A DNA stretch of 64,000 nucleotides, taken from Vicugna vicugna. Its lineage: Eukaryota. The notes beneath the pieces are model-generated. The model saw nothing but the letters and a program-made list of their open reading frames with translations, did no database searches and had not been told where the DNA came from. The DNA is taken from positions 62,001 to 126,000 of the forward strand of contig MU058717.1 in NCBI GenBank assembly GCA_013265495.1, in the 5' to 3' direction. Shown in pieces: positions 24,758 to 37,577 of this stretch. Each line of letters begins with the position of its first letter. The first letter of the stretch is position 1. Both the position numbers and the translations under genes were made by a program.

Positions 24758-27029
24758 TTAAATGGGATAATAGAAGGGTCTGACACATAGTAGGTGCCCA
24801 GCAAACATCCTTCCCCCCAAACAGAAGCACACACAGCTCTTAAAACACTGGAGGTAACAAAGGGTTCTCAGTCCGGAGGAAAAAACAAGCAGGCAATAAA
24901 GGAACTCTCTCCGGTTTCCCTTCTAAGAGAGTGACAAACTGGCCAGAGCCCAGGATGATCACCGAGGCAGAGGACAGGCAGCCAAAAGCTAGCCTCCCAC
25001 ATGGAGTTTCCAAAAAATGCGAGCGCAGAGTTGCATAACCTGTCCCTGAGACACGTGTCTCCCCGAAGCGTTTTGCAGCAAACGTTCCCTGAAAAAGATC
25101 ACGTGAGCGAGCCTAGGCTGTAGGGCAGCCTAGGGGAGGAAGAAGGGAGAAAGCGAGGGGGTTGGAGAACTCAGGGAAGGGAGGGTGGGGGTGAGGTGGA
25201 ATGAGGAAAAGAAAGTGCCACATTCGCTGTGTTCCTACTACGTGCCAGGCACCGGGCTCTCTCTGTCTGATATCTACTGAGATTCTTGCTGTAAATCTGA
25301 GAGAACAGCTGTTACCACTCCCACATTCCAAGGGGAGAAATAACAAAAATAATTAATATTGCTAATGTTTACATAACACTGGCATATCCTACATATCCGG
25401 CAGTGAGGTAAGCACACATTTGATTCTCAAGACAGCCCATGACACGGGTATTCTCTGACCGCCAGAGGAGGAAACTGAGACTCAGAAATATACAGTAACT
25501 TCTCCAAGGGCACCAGCAAGACATTAGCATTCGAAGACAAGCAGGTTCCCAAAGTCCTTAGCCCTCTATGAGGGCATTTCCCAAGGGATTTATGGTGCTG
25601 GATCTGGAAAATGACCCTGGCCAGAGTTGTCCTTATATGCCCACAGCGGGAGCCCAGCATGGGAATGACGTAAATGACCAAGTGACCAGAGGCACTGCCC
25701 TCCTCTGCACTCAGAGGACAGTTTGTCCCAGCGTATGGTTGTTTGTCATTCTGTCTCCGACCTAAAGTTTAAAATTTCATTCATAAGTTTGGGAACTACA
25801 AACTTGGCAGCGTGGGAAAGGTCCTTGGAGATCAGTTATTCTAGTCCAATCCCCACATATTACAAACGGGAGGGAGAAAAACAAAAAACAAAAAACCCTG
25901 AGGTCCAAAGAGAGCCATGTGATATGGCAAGGTCACAGAGCAATTTTCTGTTAGGAGTTGGTTTGAAGTCAATTACAGATCATCTTGTTCTGTAATTACC
26001 CAATGTGGGTGTATGTACCTCTGAATCACTCAAGAGCTCTTGAAATTTACACATCTCTGCACTCTGCTTCTGAGGATTCAGACTTCAGTTTGCAGCAAGT
26101 CTTGGGAATATGTACACGTTCCTCAAGTGATTCAGATGCATTTGGAAGTTGGAGTCCAATACCCGTCTTTCGTTTTATAGTTTGGGATCCTAAGACCCAG
26201 CATGGGACTTGCCCAAGGTCACAAGGCACGTCACTGGGTTCCTAGCACAGGCTTTGTGGTCTGAGCTCAAAGCTCATTCTTCTTCTCCAGGCTGCCTGTT
26301 GTCAAATTCTCAAAATGGGCCAAGAAGGCTGGGCAAGGAAGATTCTGTGGTTTTCCCCAGCTCTTAGTTTACTTCTTGTTCCCAAATTAAGATACAGGGT
26401 GGTGTCCATTTCTGGGGTTTGGAAAGGTAGGAATTCAAGAGCTGAAACTCTACAGGGAAAAGGAAACTGCAATAAGCTGTCCCGCAGGTCTGTGGGGGTT
26501 TCCCAAAGGCGAGATCCAGGATCCAAGGATGACTCAGATGCTAGCTATCCTCTAGGCCCCAATGCCTCAGGCAATACCTGCGTTTTCCATTTTAGGAGAA
26601 AGGGGAGGGAACACTTCCCTCTGTGGGAGGAGATGGGGTGGAGAAGGCCCAGCTGTGACTTGAGGGGGTCTGACTCAGGAAAAGCCACACATCCCAGCAC
26701 CTGGAAGGAAGAGGAAGCTGTCTGCCAAAACTAAATTGAACCTCTCAAGCACTTTTCCTGAGCCTCTCCTCCAGCCACTCCTTCATCCTCCAGCCCAGAA
26801 CTACTCGAGCCTAGGGATTCACTGCTCCTTTTTTACTTCCCACTATCCCACCATTTATTTCACTATCTCCTTCCTTCCTTTTTTTTTTTAAATTCTGGAA
26901 TTGTATCTTGGTGTTTGGAGTCAGACATCCTGGGTTTGAATCCCAGCTCAGCTTCCTATGAGATCTCTGAACTAAGTAGAATCACATCCCCTCTCTGAGC
27001 CTCAGTTTCCTCACCTTTAAGGAGTGTGT

Positions 27030-27140
27030 GGCAGTGGGTATAGTTCAGCAGTAGAGTGCATGTTTAGCATGCATGAAGTCCTGGGTTCAATCCCCAGTAC
27101 CTCCGTTTAAAAATAAATAAATAAATACAAAATAAATAAA
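27030..27140 (+). mobile_element. tRNA-derived SINE (Vic-1-like) inside a MIR
   Basis: GGGTATAGTTCAG...GGTTCAATCCCCAGTACCTCC; MIR core (CCTCAGTTTCCTCA...) resumes after the tail. Confidence 0.85.
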
Positions 27141-28429
27141 AGGAGGGATGATATCTACCTTCTCAGATTGTGAGGATGAAACAAGATCACGTAGATACTT
27201 AATAAACAGATGTTTTCTCAGAAACATTAGATCGTGTGAGTCATCAATGGACCAGAGAGATTTGCTGAGCTGAACTGAGGGGCCTAAAAGAACAGGTGAA
27301 CCGGAAATCACCTCAGAAATTTTGAAGGCCTTGATGACTTCCAAACTGGAGAACAAGTGAGTTGTATACAATATTTCCCAATGATAAGGGAAATCACATA
27401 CTTACTCTTGATAGAGTCTCAAGTTTCTTTACTTTTGTCTGGAACTGTATCAACTCAAGGTGATAACATGGTTATCACATACTGTTTAGAAGTTTTGATT
27501 GACAAGTTACATGGATCTTTGATAGGTTTTTTTTTAATGGGAAGATAATTAGTGGAGGCCAAACTGAATGATGGAAAATGTTAATCTTGTCTAACTCCTC
27601 ATTTTATAAATAGGGAAGCTGAGGTTTAAAGAAGGAAGTGTCTTGCTTGTCACACAACTGGAAGAGCAGGCTCTAAAACCTAGATTCTTTTACTGGAATT
27701 AGTTACTTCCCTTCCTTCCATTCCAGAGAAGGGGAACCTAGAATCAATGAAGTTGAGGAGTCTTGGTCGGCTGAGGCAGGAATGAAGTGACGCATCAATT
27801 TGCTGTTGCCCTTTCTCTATTCTTGACTCATTCAGCAAATATTTACTGACTGTCCACACTATTTCAACTCAGAAGAGAAGGCAGAGAGAAAACAGTTATG
27901 GCAGCAGGCAGAGTCAGGATCCGCTTCTAGGTAAGACTTCCAAATTATGGATATATAAATAAAAATGGACACACACATTACAAAACACCCACTTAGTCAG
28001 CCTTCTAATAAAGTTAGGTTGTGTCTGAGAGCAGGGACTGCCTCATTCGCACATGTCCAGATCTGCCCGGCACTCAGCAGCCTCGAAATCAAGGCTGTGG
28101 TGTTGGAAACACCTGAATTCTAATTCTGACTGCCACCGACTCTATGTCTTTGAGACAGTATGTTGCTTTCCTTCTCTAGTCCTTAGCTTTATCATCTGTA
28201 AACCGGAAACTGACGGAAAATCATGTGTGGGATTGCTCACCGGTTCATTTCAAGTTATCCCAGACTAGGAAAAAGAAAACGCTGGGAATCTAGGCTGAAA
28301 ACAGAGTCAACGTTATTACCTCGTTAACTCCCAAACATCCTTCCTGCACTTTCGGCCACCTCTCTATCTTGTGCCCTAGCCACTCTCCTTTTCTTCAAGA
28401 TTCCCCTCTAGAGGGCACGCAAGCTCTAG

Positions 28430-28751
28430 CTCTCTCATGCCTCACTTCCGTTCGCCTTCATTCTTCATTGTGCGCATGTGCACACTTCGCTTCCGGGCTG
28501 CCCTACCCAGGTTTAAGTGGCTCCGCCGACGATTGCACCCACTACGCCTGCGCACTCTCAGCCCCGCCCTTCCACCTCTGTCCCCGGAATCATTTCTTCC
28601 TACGCAGGCGCTACAGCCGCTGCAGCCGCTGGAGCTTTGCCTCTCTAGGCCGGTAGAGCCTCTCCTCCATGGTCCTGCCTGTCACCGTTTCGGGGGCCAG
28701 CGGGTGAGGCTGGGCCGCGCTCGGACGCTTCGATCCTCGAGTCCGTCACCG
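28430..28751 (+). promoter_or_regulatory. SYS1: SYS1 promoter and probable non-coding exon 1
   Basis: CpG island; ETS CACTTCCG 28443-28450; NRF1-like TGCGCATGTGCA 28471-28482; GC box at 28561; donor CCG|gtgagt after 28751; candidate acceptor cgcag|G at 28962/28963. TSS not determinable. Confidence 0.72.
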
Positions 28752-29042
28752 GTGAGTGAACCCCAAAGGAGCTCGAGTACGAGCGGGACCCGCGCAGCCC
28801 GAATGGGCATGATTTCCCCTCACCCCGGGAATGGGTCTGTCCTCCCCCCACCCCCAACTCCCGGAATGGGCTCGCCCCATCCGTCCCAGTCCCTCCTCCC
28901 GGGCGGGGCGACGTTGTCATAGTGACGGCCTGCTGGCTGAGGCCCGGCATGTGTCCTCGCAGGTGTCGGTGTGGCCCGGGGCCCATGGCGCGGCCGCGGC
29001 GCTGACCCAGGCCCGGGCGGTGGCCGGGCCGCGCGGGCCGGC

Positions 29043-29204
29043 ATGGCGGGCCAGTTTCGCAGCTACGTGTGGGACCCGTTGCTGATCCTGTCGCAGATCG
29101 TCCTCATGCAGACCGTCTATTACGGCTCGTTGGGCCTTTGGCTGGCGCTGGTGGACGGGCTGGTGCGCAGCAGCCCCTCGCTGGACCAGATATTCGACGC
29201 CGAG
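29043..29204 (+). CDS. SYS1: SYS1 Golgi trafficking protein, first coding exon (162 bp CDS)
   Basis: ggcATGG Kozak; MAGQFRSYVWDPLLILSQIVLMQTVYYGSLGLWLALVDGLVRSSPSLDQIFDAE; donor GAG|gtaggg. Confidence 0.97.
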
Positions 29205-30290
29205 GTAGGGTCCCCTGGCCGGCGCGAGCGGGGTCTCGACCTCATGGAGTGATATGACACTACTGGGCTCTAGGCCCAGCTGGGCCACCTTCTTGCGTTA
29301 TGGTTCTGGAAAAGGATATCACCTTTCTGAGTCTCGACTGCCTCATCCATAAAACGGAATGACTGGTAACAGGGAGGCAGAGTAGTACAAACAGGGTGTT
29401 GTAACAAACAGGCCTGCGTTCTAGGGAACCTAAAACACCTCCTTTCTGATACTGAGAAAGTGACTTCACTTCTCTGAGCCCCAGATTCTCAGGTGCCACA
29501 ATGGGGAGAGGGGGATGGATAAAAGAGCATTCACGAAGGTATAATGGAAAATGCCTGGATTTTGGAGTTACACCTCTGTTTAATTTCCATGTACTAGCCG
29601 TGTGACCTGGGGCAAGTGTTGTCACCTCTGTGCACCTTAGTTTTCCTGTCTGCAAAATCATGACGAGATCAGTGACTGCAACACACACAACCTGTACTTT
29701 GGATTCAGAGAAGCTTAGTGTCCAGTCGAGGCCCAAATATACTAGCTGTGGGGCTTTGGGCAAGTTGCTTCACCTTTCTGAGCCTGTTTTCTCTTCTGGA
29801 ATAGAATAATTGTCCTCAGCAAAATGTTATGCGTCCCAGAGGGGCCCAGGAATAAGAAAGTGCTTTACAGAGTGTAAGGGAAGGCTCAGAGGTGATTGCT
29901 TCTGAGAGGCAGATGTGGTATATGGTAATGAACATAGTTTTTGGAGCCGGGAGATCTGGGATGGAATCTTTCCTCCTGCTGCTCATTCTATGTGTATTAT
30001 TTTTGGATAATAACTGCATAGCAAGTTATTAACCAAAAAGGGGTAAGAATAACGGTAATAGTAGTAGCTCTGTGAGGTTGTTGTGAGGATGAGATTATGG
30101 ATGTCAGCGGTCTCTGCAGGCTGAAAATGTACAGGTATTTGGTGTTTGATAGTATTTTATTGTGGAAGTTGCACACCCACCAGGTGCCTAGCAGTACCCT
30201 CGTAGGTGCCTCTCTCCTTCTAGGATGGACATGTGAGAATCCTGGGCTTTGTTGAGGAGCCATGTCATACACACTACCTGAATTCTAAAT

Positions 30291-30480
30291 CAGGGGCTGT
30301 AAACCTTTTCTTAAAGGGCAAGATCGTAAAGATCTTAGGTCACGATGACTCAATTCTGCCATTGTAGCACAAAAGCAGCCGGAGACAATATGAGGTGAAT
30401 AGATGCTGCTGTGTTTCGATAAAACTTTATTTACAAAAATAAATGCCTGGCCCCTGGGGCCATAGTTTGCTGAACTCTAT
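30291..30480 (+). mobile_element. MER58A-like hAT element
   Basis: CAGGGG start, ATAAAACTTTATTTACAAAAA core, 8-bp TSD TTCTAAAT/TTCTAAAC. Confidence 0.75.
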
Positions 30481-30796
30481 TCTAAACCTTATTCTTGTCA
30501 TTTACTTACTGCATCACTCTGGGCAAGTTTCTTAACTTCTCTGAGCTTTTATTCCTCCGTTGCAAACTGAGAATAATGATCCCTTCCTGGCTGCTGTGAG
30601 GGGTCAGATGAAATCCAGTGATGGATGTCTGTGAAAGCACCTTGTTGAAGGCCAGTCCACCATATAGGTGAAGGAGGCGTATTGGTTTCTGTTCCCCAGA
30701 GAACACTTGTTCCTTAGGAGGGCTGCCTGGGTCCTGGAGCCTGGGTCTCTGCCAAGTCACTTCTCCAGCATATTTCCGTTTGTGATTCCCCCTCAG

Positions 30797-30864
30797 ATCC
30801 TGGGCTTTTCCACCCCTCCTGGCCGGCTCTCCACGATGTCCTTCGTCCTCAACGCCCTCACCTG
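30797..30864 (+). CDS. SYS1: SYS1 second coding exon (68 bp)
   Basis: cctcag|ATC...CTG|gtgagt; ILGFSTPPGRLSTMSFVLNALT(C). Confidence 0.96.
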
Positions 30865-32042
30865 GTGAGTATCACCAGTTTTGCTCTCCAGCTTTTGGGG
30901 TCTTAGCACTGGAACTAACTTCCAAAATTCGGGCGTGAAACAGGCTGGTGCTTGTTTCTGGGGAGTGGTGGACTAACGTGGGTGACAGAAGCCAGTTCTG
31001 GGACTGACTCCATCACAGGGCTTCTTCTGTCACGATTTTGACTTAGCTGGAAAGCTCTTGTGTCACTCTGTGCATGCTGCCTTGGGACAGCTTCCGTCTC
31101 AGATCCCTTCCCTGGTGTGGAATGAAGTGAGGAGAGGATTGGAATGGGAATCAGGAGAACTGGGTTCTTTTCTCAGCCCGTGTGCCTTTGGCCGAGTTCC
31201 TTCCTTTCTCTCTGGGCCTCAGGTCTCCATCTGTACCCTAAGGGCTTTGACTGAGAGGCAGTTTAGTATAGAGATTAAGAGCTTAGGCTCTGGAGGCCGA
31301 CTCACTTGGCTTTGAATCTCAGCTTTTCCACAAGTCTAGTGACTGTGGACAAGTTAATCTATCTAAGCCCCAGTTTCCTCCTCATCAGTAAAGTGAGGCT
31401 GATCATACCGCCCACTTCATAATTGTCAGGGTTATGTGACTTAATTCACAGGAGGTTCTTAGAACAGTGCCTTGCACGTTGCTGTTTTTGATCTCACATT
31501 GGAGGTTGAAAACTGGTGGAGTAACTTTGACCTCAGTTTGGCTCCCAGATATCTGCTTGGTTTACAGTTGTCAGCCCACATAGGATGTTTAAGATTTTTT
31601 TCACTTAGTTGGAAATCAGGATATTTTATGTTAAAAATCCAGATTTCTGGCTTCTCTTTAAAAAAAAATGGGATGTGAGATGATCTTTTAACTCCAGGTC
31701 CACCTTCTAGCATGATGACTTGTCTAGCTGCAGGCCCCACTTTAGATGGAGCCTGTATGCTTCTTGGTGCCACAAATCCCTGCCAATCTCTAGGCTCCCC
31801 TTGAGTGACAGTTGCATCTGTCATCAAGTTCGTACTTTTGTTTTCCTTCTCCCCAGACTGATCCACTCTCAACATTACCTGCCAGGTTCCTCTAGGCATC
31901 TAATATTGTAACCCTCGCTTCCCACTTACCTCGCTCGCTTGTGACCACTATGCTGTCAGCCTCATTGTCCCCCACTCCCCAAATAACTGAATCTAAGGCC
32001 AGGACAACCCAGTGACAACTCACTGCTGTCCTCTCCCCACAG

Positions 32043-32283
32043 TGCCCTGGGCTTGCTGTACTTCATCCGGCGAGGGAAGCAGTGTCTGGATTTCACTGTC
32101 ACTGTCCATTTCTTTCACCTCCTGGGCTGCTGGTTCTACAGCTCCCGTTTCCCCTCGGCGTTGACCTGGTGGTTGGTCCAGGCTGTGTGCATTGCGCTCA
32201 TGGCTGTCATCGGGGAGTACCTGTGCATGCGGTCGGAGCTCAAGGAGATCCCTCTCAACTCAGCCCCTAAGTCCAATGTCTAG
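32043..32283 (+). CDS. SYS1: SYS1 last coding exon (241 bp to stop)
   Basis: ccacag|T; ALGLLYFIRRGKQCLDFTVTVHFFHLLGCW...ELKEIPLNSAPKSNV*. 162+68+241=471 nt =156 aa + stop. Confidence 0.97.
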
Positions 32284-34531
32284 AGTCGGGTCCTTTGGAC
32301 ACCCTGCTGGGCACTTAATACCCCCCTGCCCCAACACCTTGGTCTGCTCAGACCATCCAGATGAGGTCCAGCCCAGGTCTGAGAGGAACCCGGGAAATGT
32401 GAAGCCTCTGTTGGTGTGGAAGAGAGAGTGAGGCCCTGTTAAGAAGGCGGGTAGCAGTCAGGATCACAGCTGCAAGAAGGGCCTCTGTCTGCTGAAACCT
32501 TGGTTTCTGGGAGGTCAGCGAGGGGACCTCTTTCAGAGTAATAACAGAATCGAAACCATGTTACTCTTGAGCCATCATACCTGTCACCAGCCTGTTGTTT
32601 TAAAAAGGAAAAAAAAAAATCAAGGATATCTGATTGGAGCAAACCACTCTTGTAGTCATCTGTCGTACCTCCCTGGGACAGCTGTTACCTGGGCCATGTT
32701 GCTGAACTGCAGCTATTCTGTCTGGAGAAACACTTGGCTTCCGGACCCAGAGCCACAGAGAGAGACGTTGGCGCAAAGTAGCAGACTGCCGACAGGGAGA
32801 GGACGGCAGATGGAGGCATCAAGCACAAGGAGAACGCACAGCCTGTGCCCTGCCACACGCCTGTGCGCGCACACCCATGAACTCATGACAGACCGTCTTC
32901 TGGTTCTCTGCTGGGTCCCCACCCTGCTGCCAGCTTTCAACTCGCGGGCTGTAGGACCCAGAGAAGAATCCCAGCATCGCTCCCCGTCAGACCCTCGCAC
33001 TATAGTCGCTGCCTGTTCTCTAGGGATGACTAGGCACCCCGCCTCCCACTGGCCCTCAGTTCAGGCAAGAGTTGCCTTCTGCTGCCTGGTTTGGAGTTCC
33101 ATGGTGAGGAGGGGACGGTGGGTGCCCAGACACTGGAAGCCCAGCCTTCCAGCTTGAGGTGCACTGATTGTGCCAAGGGAGACAGGAATTAGCTACTAAG
33201 ATTTTTCTTTGGGGTGAAGTGTTCTCCATGGGAGGCTTGTAGCTGCCCTACCTGTGCACATAAATACAGTATTTTCCATGGTTCTGCCTGTGTTTGCTTT
33301 GTAATGCCATGACTGGGGCTGGGAGAGGTTAGCACAGCCAGACAAAGAAGCGGCAAAGAATTATTAGGCCGCCTTCTTCTTTCCGAACCCCAGAGTGTTC
33401 CTCCATTTGGTTGAAGCATTAAGTACAGGGAATTCCTGTGTTCCACCCCTCCACCTGCAGCCTTCCCCGCTATGCCTTGGGTGAACCACCAGGACTCTCA
33501 GGATTCCTTCCCCACTTGCCAGTGACTTTTGAATGTGCTCAGTGGAACCTGCTGGTCTAGACCCACTTCTGCCTCTAAGCCATTGCTGTTCCCCTTTGGG
33601 TCCTCCAGAGTCTGCCCAGAAGAGCTGTCAGTTTTCAGCTTTCGGTGTCAGGGCTACACAGATGAGGAATTTTGCTGTCTCTCCAGGAAGCCTTTCTAGC
33701 CTCCTGGCTCCCAGCCCTGCAGAACAGGGAGTTGAGGCCGACAGGATGAAGGTTTAAGAGTGGACTTGCCTGGACAGAGGCTGGGAACATGTTCAGGTGA
33801 GGCACCTCAGTAACTCAGAGGGCTCTGGCCAAGCTGGAGGGAAGCGGGTTGTTGATGGGCCCCGGATCCTGGCTGCAGGGTCCAGGAGGTAAGACCAGCT
33901 GAGATAACTTCCCCTGGGTAGTGGAGTCCCCCCGTAGACACCACAAACTCCAAAGTCATGGCACTTTCTTTTGAGAAAAGCTTCGGGGCACACAAGTCCC
34001 ATGGCTGCGGCCTCCCTCGGGCCTCCAGCTGCGTTGGCGCCCCTCTTTGGGAGTTTCCCACAAGGGCTGGTGCCATTCTTCTGCACGTCTTCTCTGATGA
34101 CAGATCTCTGCCCCATGAGTCTCAGTTGGGTTTTTGGAAACTGCCAAAGGTCAGGGGAGCCAAGTTTTTTCCAGTAGTGTATAGTGACTAAGCTGAGTGA
34201 CAATTGGGGGTCAAAAATATGTGACTTGACTGAGACTTTTTGACTTTTAAAAGAACAAAGCAGTGTCTTGAGGCAAGTTGCAGCGAGGACGGGGCAATGG
34301 CGGTGACAAGGTTGTCATTTTAGTGCTGAATAACACCCGCTGAGCACTTGTGGACAAATGCCCAGCAGTAGACTAAGTGTTCTACACTCCCGTGCTCACT
34401 TGATCTTCACAGCAACCCCTGAAGTGGGGATATCATCACGTGTGTCTTACAGACAAGGAAGCTGTAAGGCCCTTGCCCAAGGTTCCATGACAGGAGTTGG
34501 CAGAGCCAAGATGGGTTCTGGTAGTGACATT

Positions 34532-34537
34532 AATAAA
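34532..34537 (+). terminator. SYS1: Candidate SYS1 polyadenylation signal
   Basis: First canonical AATAAA I found after the SYS1 stop (about 2.25 kb 3' UTR), followed by T-rich sequence. Confidence 0.45.
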
Positions 34538-37500
34538 CTCATTCTGAAGAAATTACTAGTTAAGGATGTTTACGTTCTTATTGGTTAAATAGTCCGCACC
34601 TTATAATCATACCTTCTCATCCTACTGTATTGTTTTAAATACTAAGGATGAACATAGTGCTTTGTAAATATTATTAGTTTTCTAAGAAAGACTGATAGTA
34701 CATTAATTGTGGCCACAGATTTCCAAGTGAACATAAGAATGTAGGAAATGTTTTTATTTCCAAAGGGTAAAGAAGAGTACCTAGGTGAGAAAGTTACCTC
34801 TACCCTACCACTGGGTTGGCATAGGGGTCTGAAGTCCAGGCCCCACCTTCATCCCATCCACTACCTGAACTCCGGCCATTTGGAGAGAGAGGTGAGGACT
34901 GGGGGATAGCTGGTGCTCAGAATAGTTTATAACCCGCAGACTGACGGGAAAGGAGAAGGGGATGTCTGGCTCACAGGGTTTCTCTAACCCCTAGTTCTAG
35001 GCAGGTCTGTCCAGATCAGAGCCAAATAGGGGCCAAGATGGCAGCCAGCAGATACCAGTGGGGCAGCGCAGGAAACTTCGGGGGGCCAAAGATGGAGAGT
35101 GGGCACAGCTCAAACAGGTTCTTTGGAAGCAGTCTTAGACTCTAAAGTGACTTCCAGATCAGAGTAGCTTCCTTCTAGCAGTCCCAGAGGGTAGTCAGCG
35201 TGCAGGCTTGGAACTCCTCCCTGTGTCTGTAGCCCAGGGACCACAGGGCCTCAGGGGCAGGGGAGGTAGTGCCCGATTCTGGGCACAAGAGAGATCCTCG
35301 GTGGAGAGGGGATTAAAAGCCAGTCTTGCTTGAGATTTTCTGTAGGAAAGTAGCAGAGGGGAATGGAAAGAACTTTGAGACAAGAGGGGGTGGAGGGAGC
35401 TGAGAATTTTAATCCCTGTCCAGCCTACCTGGCCAAGCCAGTAAGAATTCTAGGGGTCCAGTGTTGGAGGGCTTCAGAGAGTTGCAGTGGAGTGCACAGT
35501 TAAGTCCTGGAGTCACGTTACTAGCTCTGAGACCTTGAATAAGCTACTTCACTGTCCCTGGGTTGAACTTCCCTGAGTTGCTGTGAAGATTCAGTAAGAT
35601 GTCATGTGTAAAGCACTTAGCGCTGTGCCTGGCACGCAGGAAGTAATCCATGAATCTAAGCAGTTGTAGTTTTGGGGCCACCGCCCCCTCCCCATCTTAC
35701 AGAGGAGACACCTTTCTTTGAAGCCTCAGCTGTTAGATGGGAGACAGGCTTGCCTGTGGTCTAGGTACAGCCACCAAGTATTTAGCTTCCATGTGCCATG
35801 CACTGCAAAGTGATTTAGATGGTTCTCACTTAATCAGTCAGATAGGCATCTTTATTTTCCCTATTTTGCAGACAAAGAAACTGAGGATTGGAAGTAAACA
35901 GCCTTCCCCAGCATCACCCAGCTGATAAGAAACTAGACCTGTCTGCTTCAACCACCTCACCCGCTTTTCACGTTCCAGTCATGTTTGAGTCAGAATGACT
36001 GAGGGACAGTCTTGGGGATCTAGCTGTTTTAGCAAAAGGTTGTGAATGTGACACTAAGATTGGCTTTTTTTTTTTAAACAAGCAGCTGTTCCCCTAAAGG
36101 TGGACAGTTAGGCAACTGTTCATAAGTGAGAAACGGGACTGGTACTGGCCTTAGAGCTTTATTATAGTGAGGAGGCCTGGAAAAAAGGTCAAACATGTCT
36201 GTTCAACACCCAACAAACTGGCTTCAACTATACCAAACCTGATTAGCTCAAAGCCCTCTGGAATGGCTATTAGTATCCCTGTTTAATAAACAGATGAAAT
36301 AGGGTCAGAGAGGTCATGTGACTTGTTAAAATCCACTCACACACTAAAATTTCTCCCAGTTAACTGTTCGGGAGCCATTTCTCTGGTGGTCTCTGATCCC
36401 CGATATCTGTTGCAGCATCCTGCCCTAATCAGGATCTAACTGTGCCCTGAAGAGGAGCCTCAGGCTAAAGTGGTAAAATGAAGGGAGAGTGGTTGTGGGC
36501 AGAACCCAGTTCTGGGATTATGAGAGGCAGGTTACCCTGAGGCTAAATGCCAGCAGGAGGGGATAAGGCTGGAAGGAGTGCCCTGCTGGGAATCATTCAC
36601 ATGGGTCCTGCATCTTTACTCCTCCAGCTGCATCCTTACTCCTCCAGTGGCACCCTGGCCTTGCTGGGTCCCAGTCTAGGCACACAGGCTCCTGTCTAGT
36701 CACTTGATGGCATCCCCCGTGGGCAGCTGGGGCCCAGCTCTGGCTTCCAGTGGGACAAAGCGGAAATTGCCAATCTTGCCAGGCTAACGCCTTTTTGGGC
36801 TCCACCTGGGGGTCCCCCTCCCCGCAGGTTCCCATGAAAACTAGTGCAGGGAGGGCCCTCACTTCACCCCACAGGGCTTGGTTTTGGGGTTGGGAGCGTG
36901 CTGCCCAGACAGTCCGCTGATAGAGTGCGCAGAACAGTTCACTTGAAGGTTGATGGAATGGAAGATGCTTGGGAGGAAAGGTCGAGAAGAGGTTATTTTA
37001 TAAGGCTGATGGAATTAATGGGGTCTAGAAAGGGAACAGAAATGGAGACTACCCAGGAAATGGGCAGGAGTGCAAGATGAGCCGGAAGACAACGGCTTGA
37101 GGTGAAGGTTACAGGGTGGATGGAGGTTGCGCGAAGGAGGCAGGGGTGGGGTGCACCGGAGGGGAGCGCCTCACCTGGACGGAGGCCGGCGGCGGCGGCG
37201 GCAGGTAGGGAGCCCGCTTCCGAAGTGCCCAGCTGCCGCTGCCTTTCCCTGGCTGAGCAGCGCGGTGCAGCCCTCAGGCTATTGGCGCCGCCCCAAGGGA
37301 AGCGCGTTCCATTTTCCGCCGGCGCCCGCCCTGCGGATGCTCAGTCACGGTGCTGAGCCCCAGTGGGGAGGAGGGGTGCAAGCGGAAGGGTTCAGCGGGA
37401 GCCCCTCCCATCCTTCTCCCTTGCTCCTAATCTGAGGATCTCTGTCACTGCCCTGGCTGGGGTGAGGGTGAGGGTGGGGGACTCTGCGCCCCTCCGAGGC

Positions 37501-37577
37501 TCTGATGGCTTCCCTGTTTTCCCGAGGGCACCCGCTGCCCCGCAGCTTGCCTCTAGGGGAATATGGAGGATTATAGT

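Noticed and set aside
32558..33157. 199-aa ORF in the SYS1 3' UTR
   Set aside because: No recognisable domain and no supporting exon structure; likely chance.
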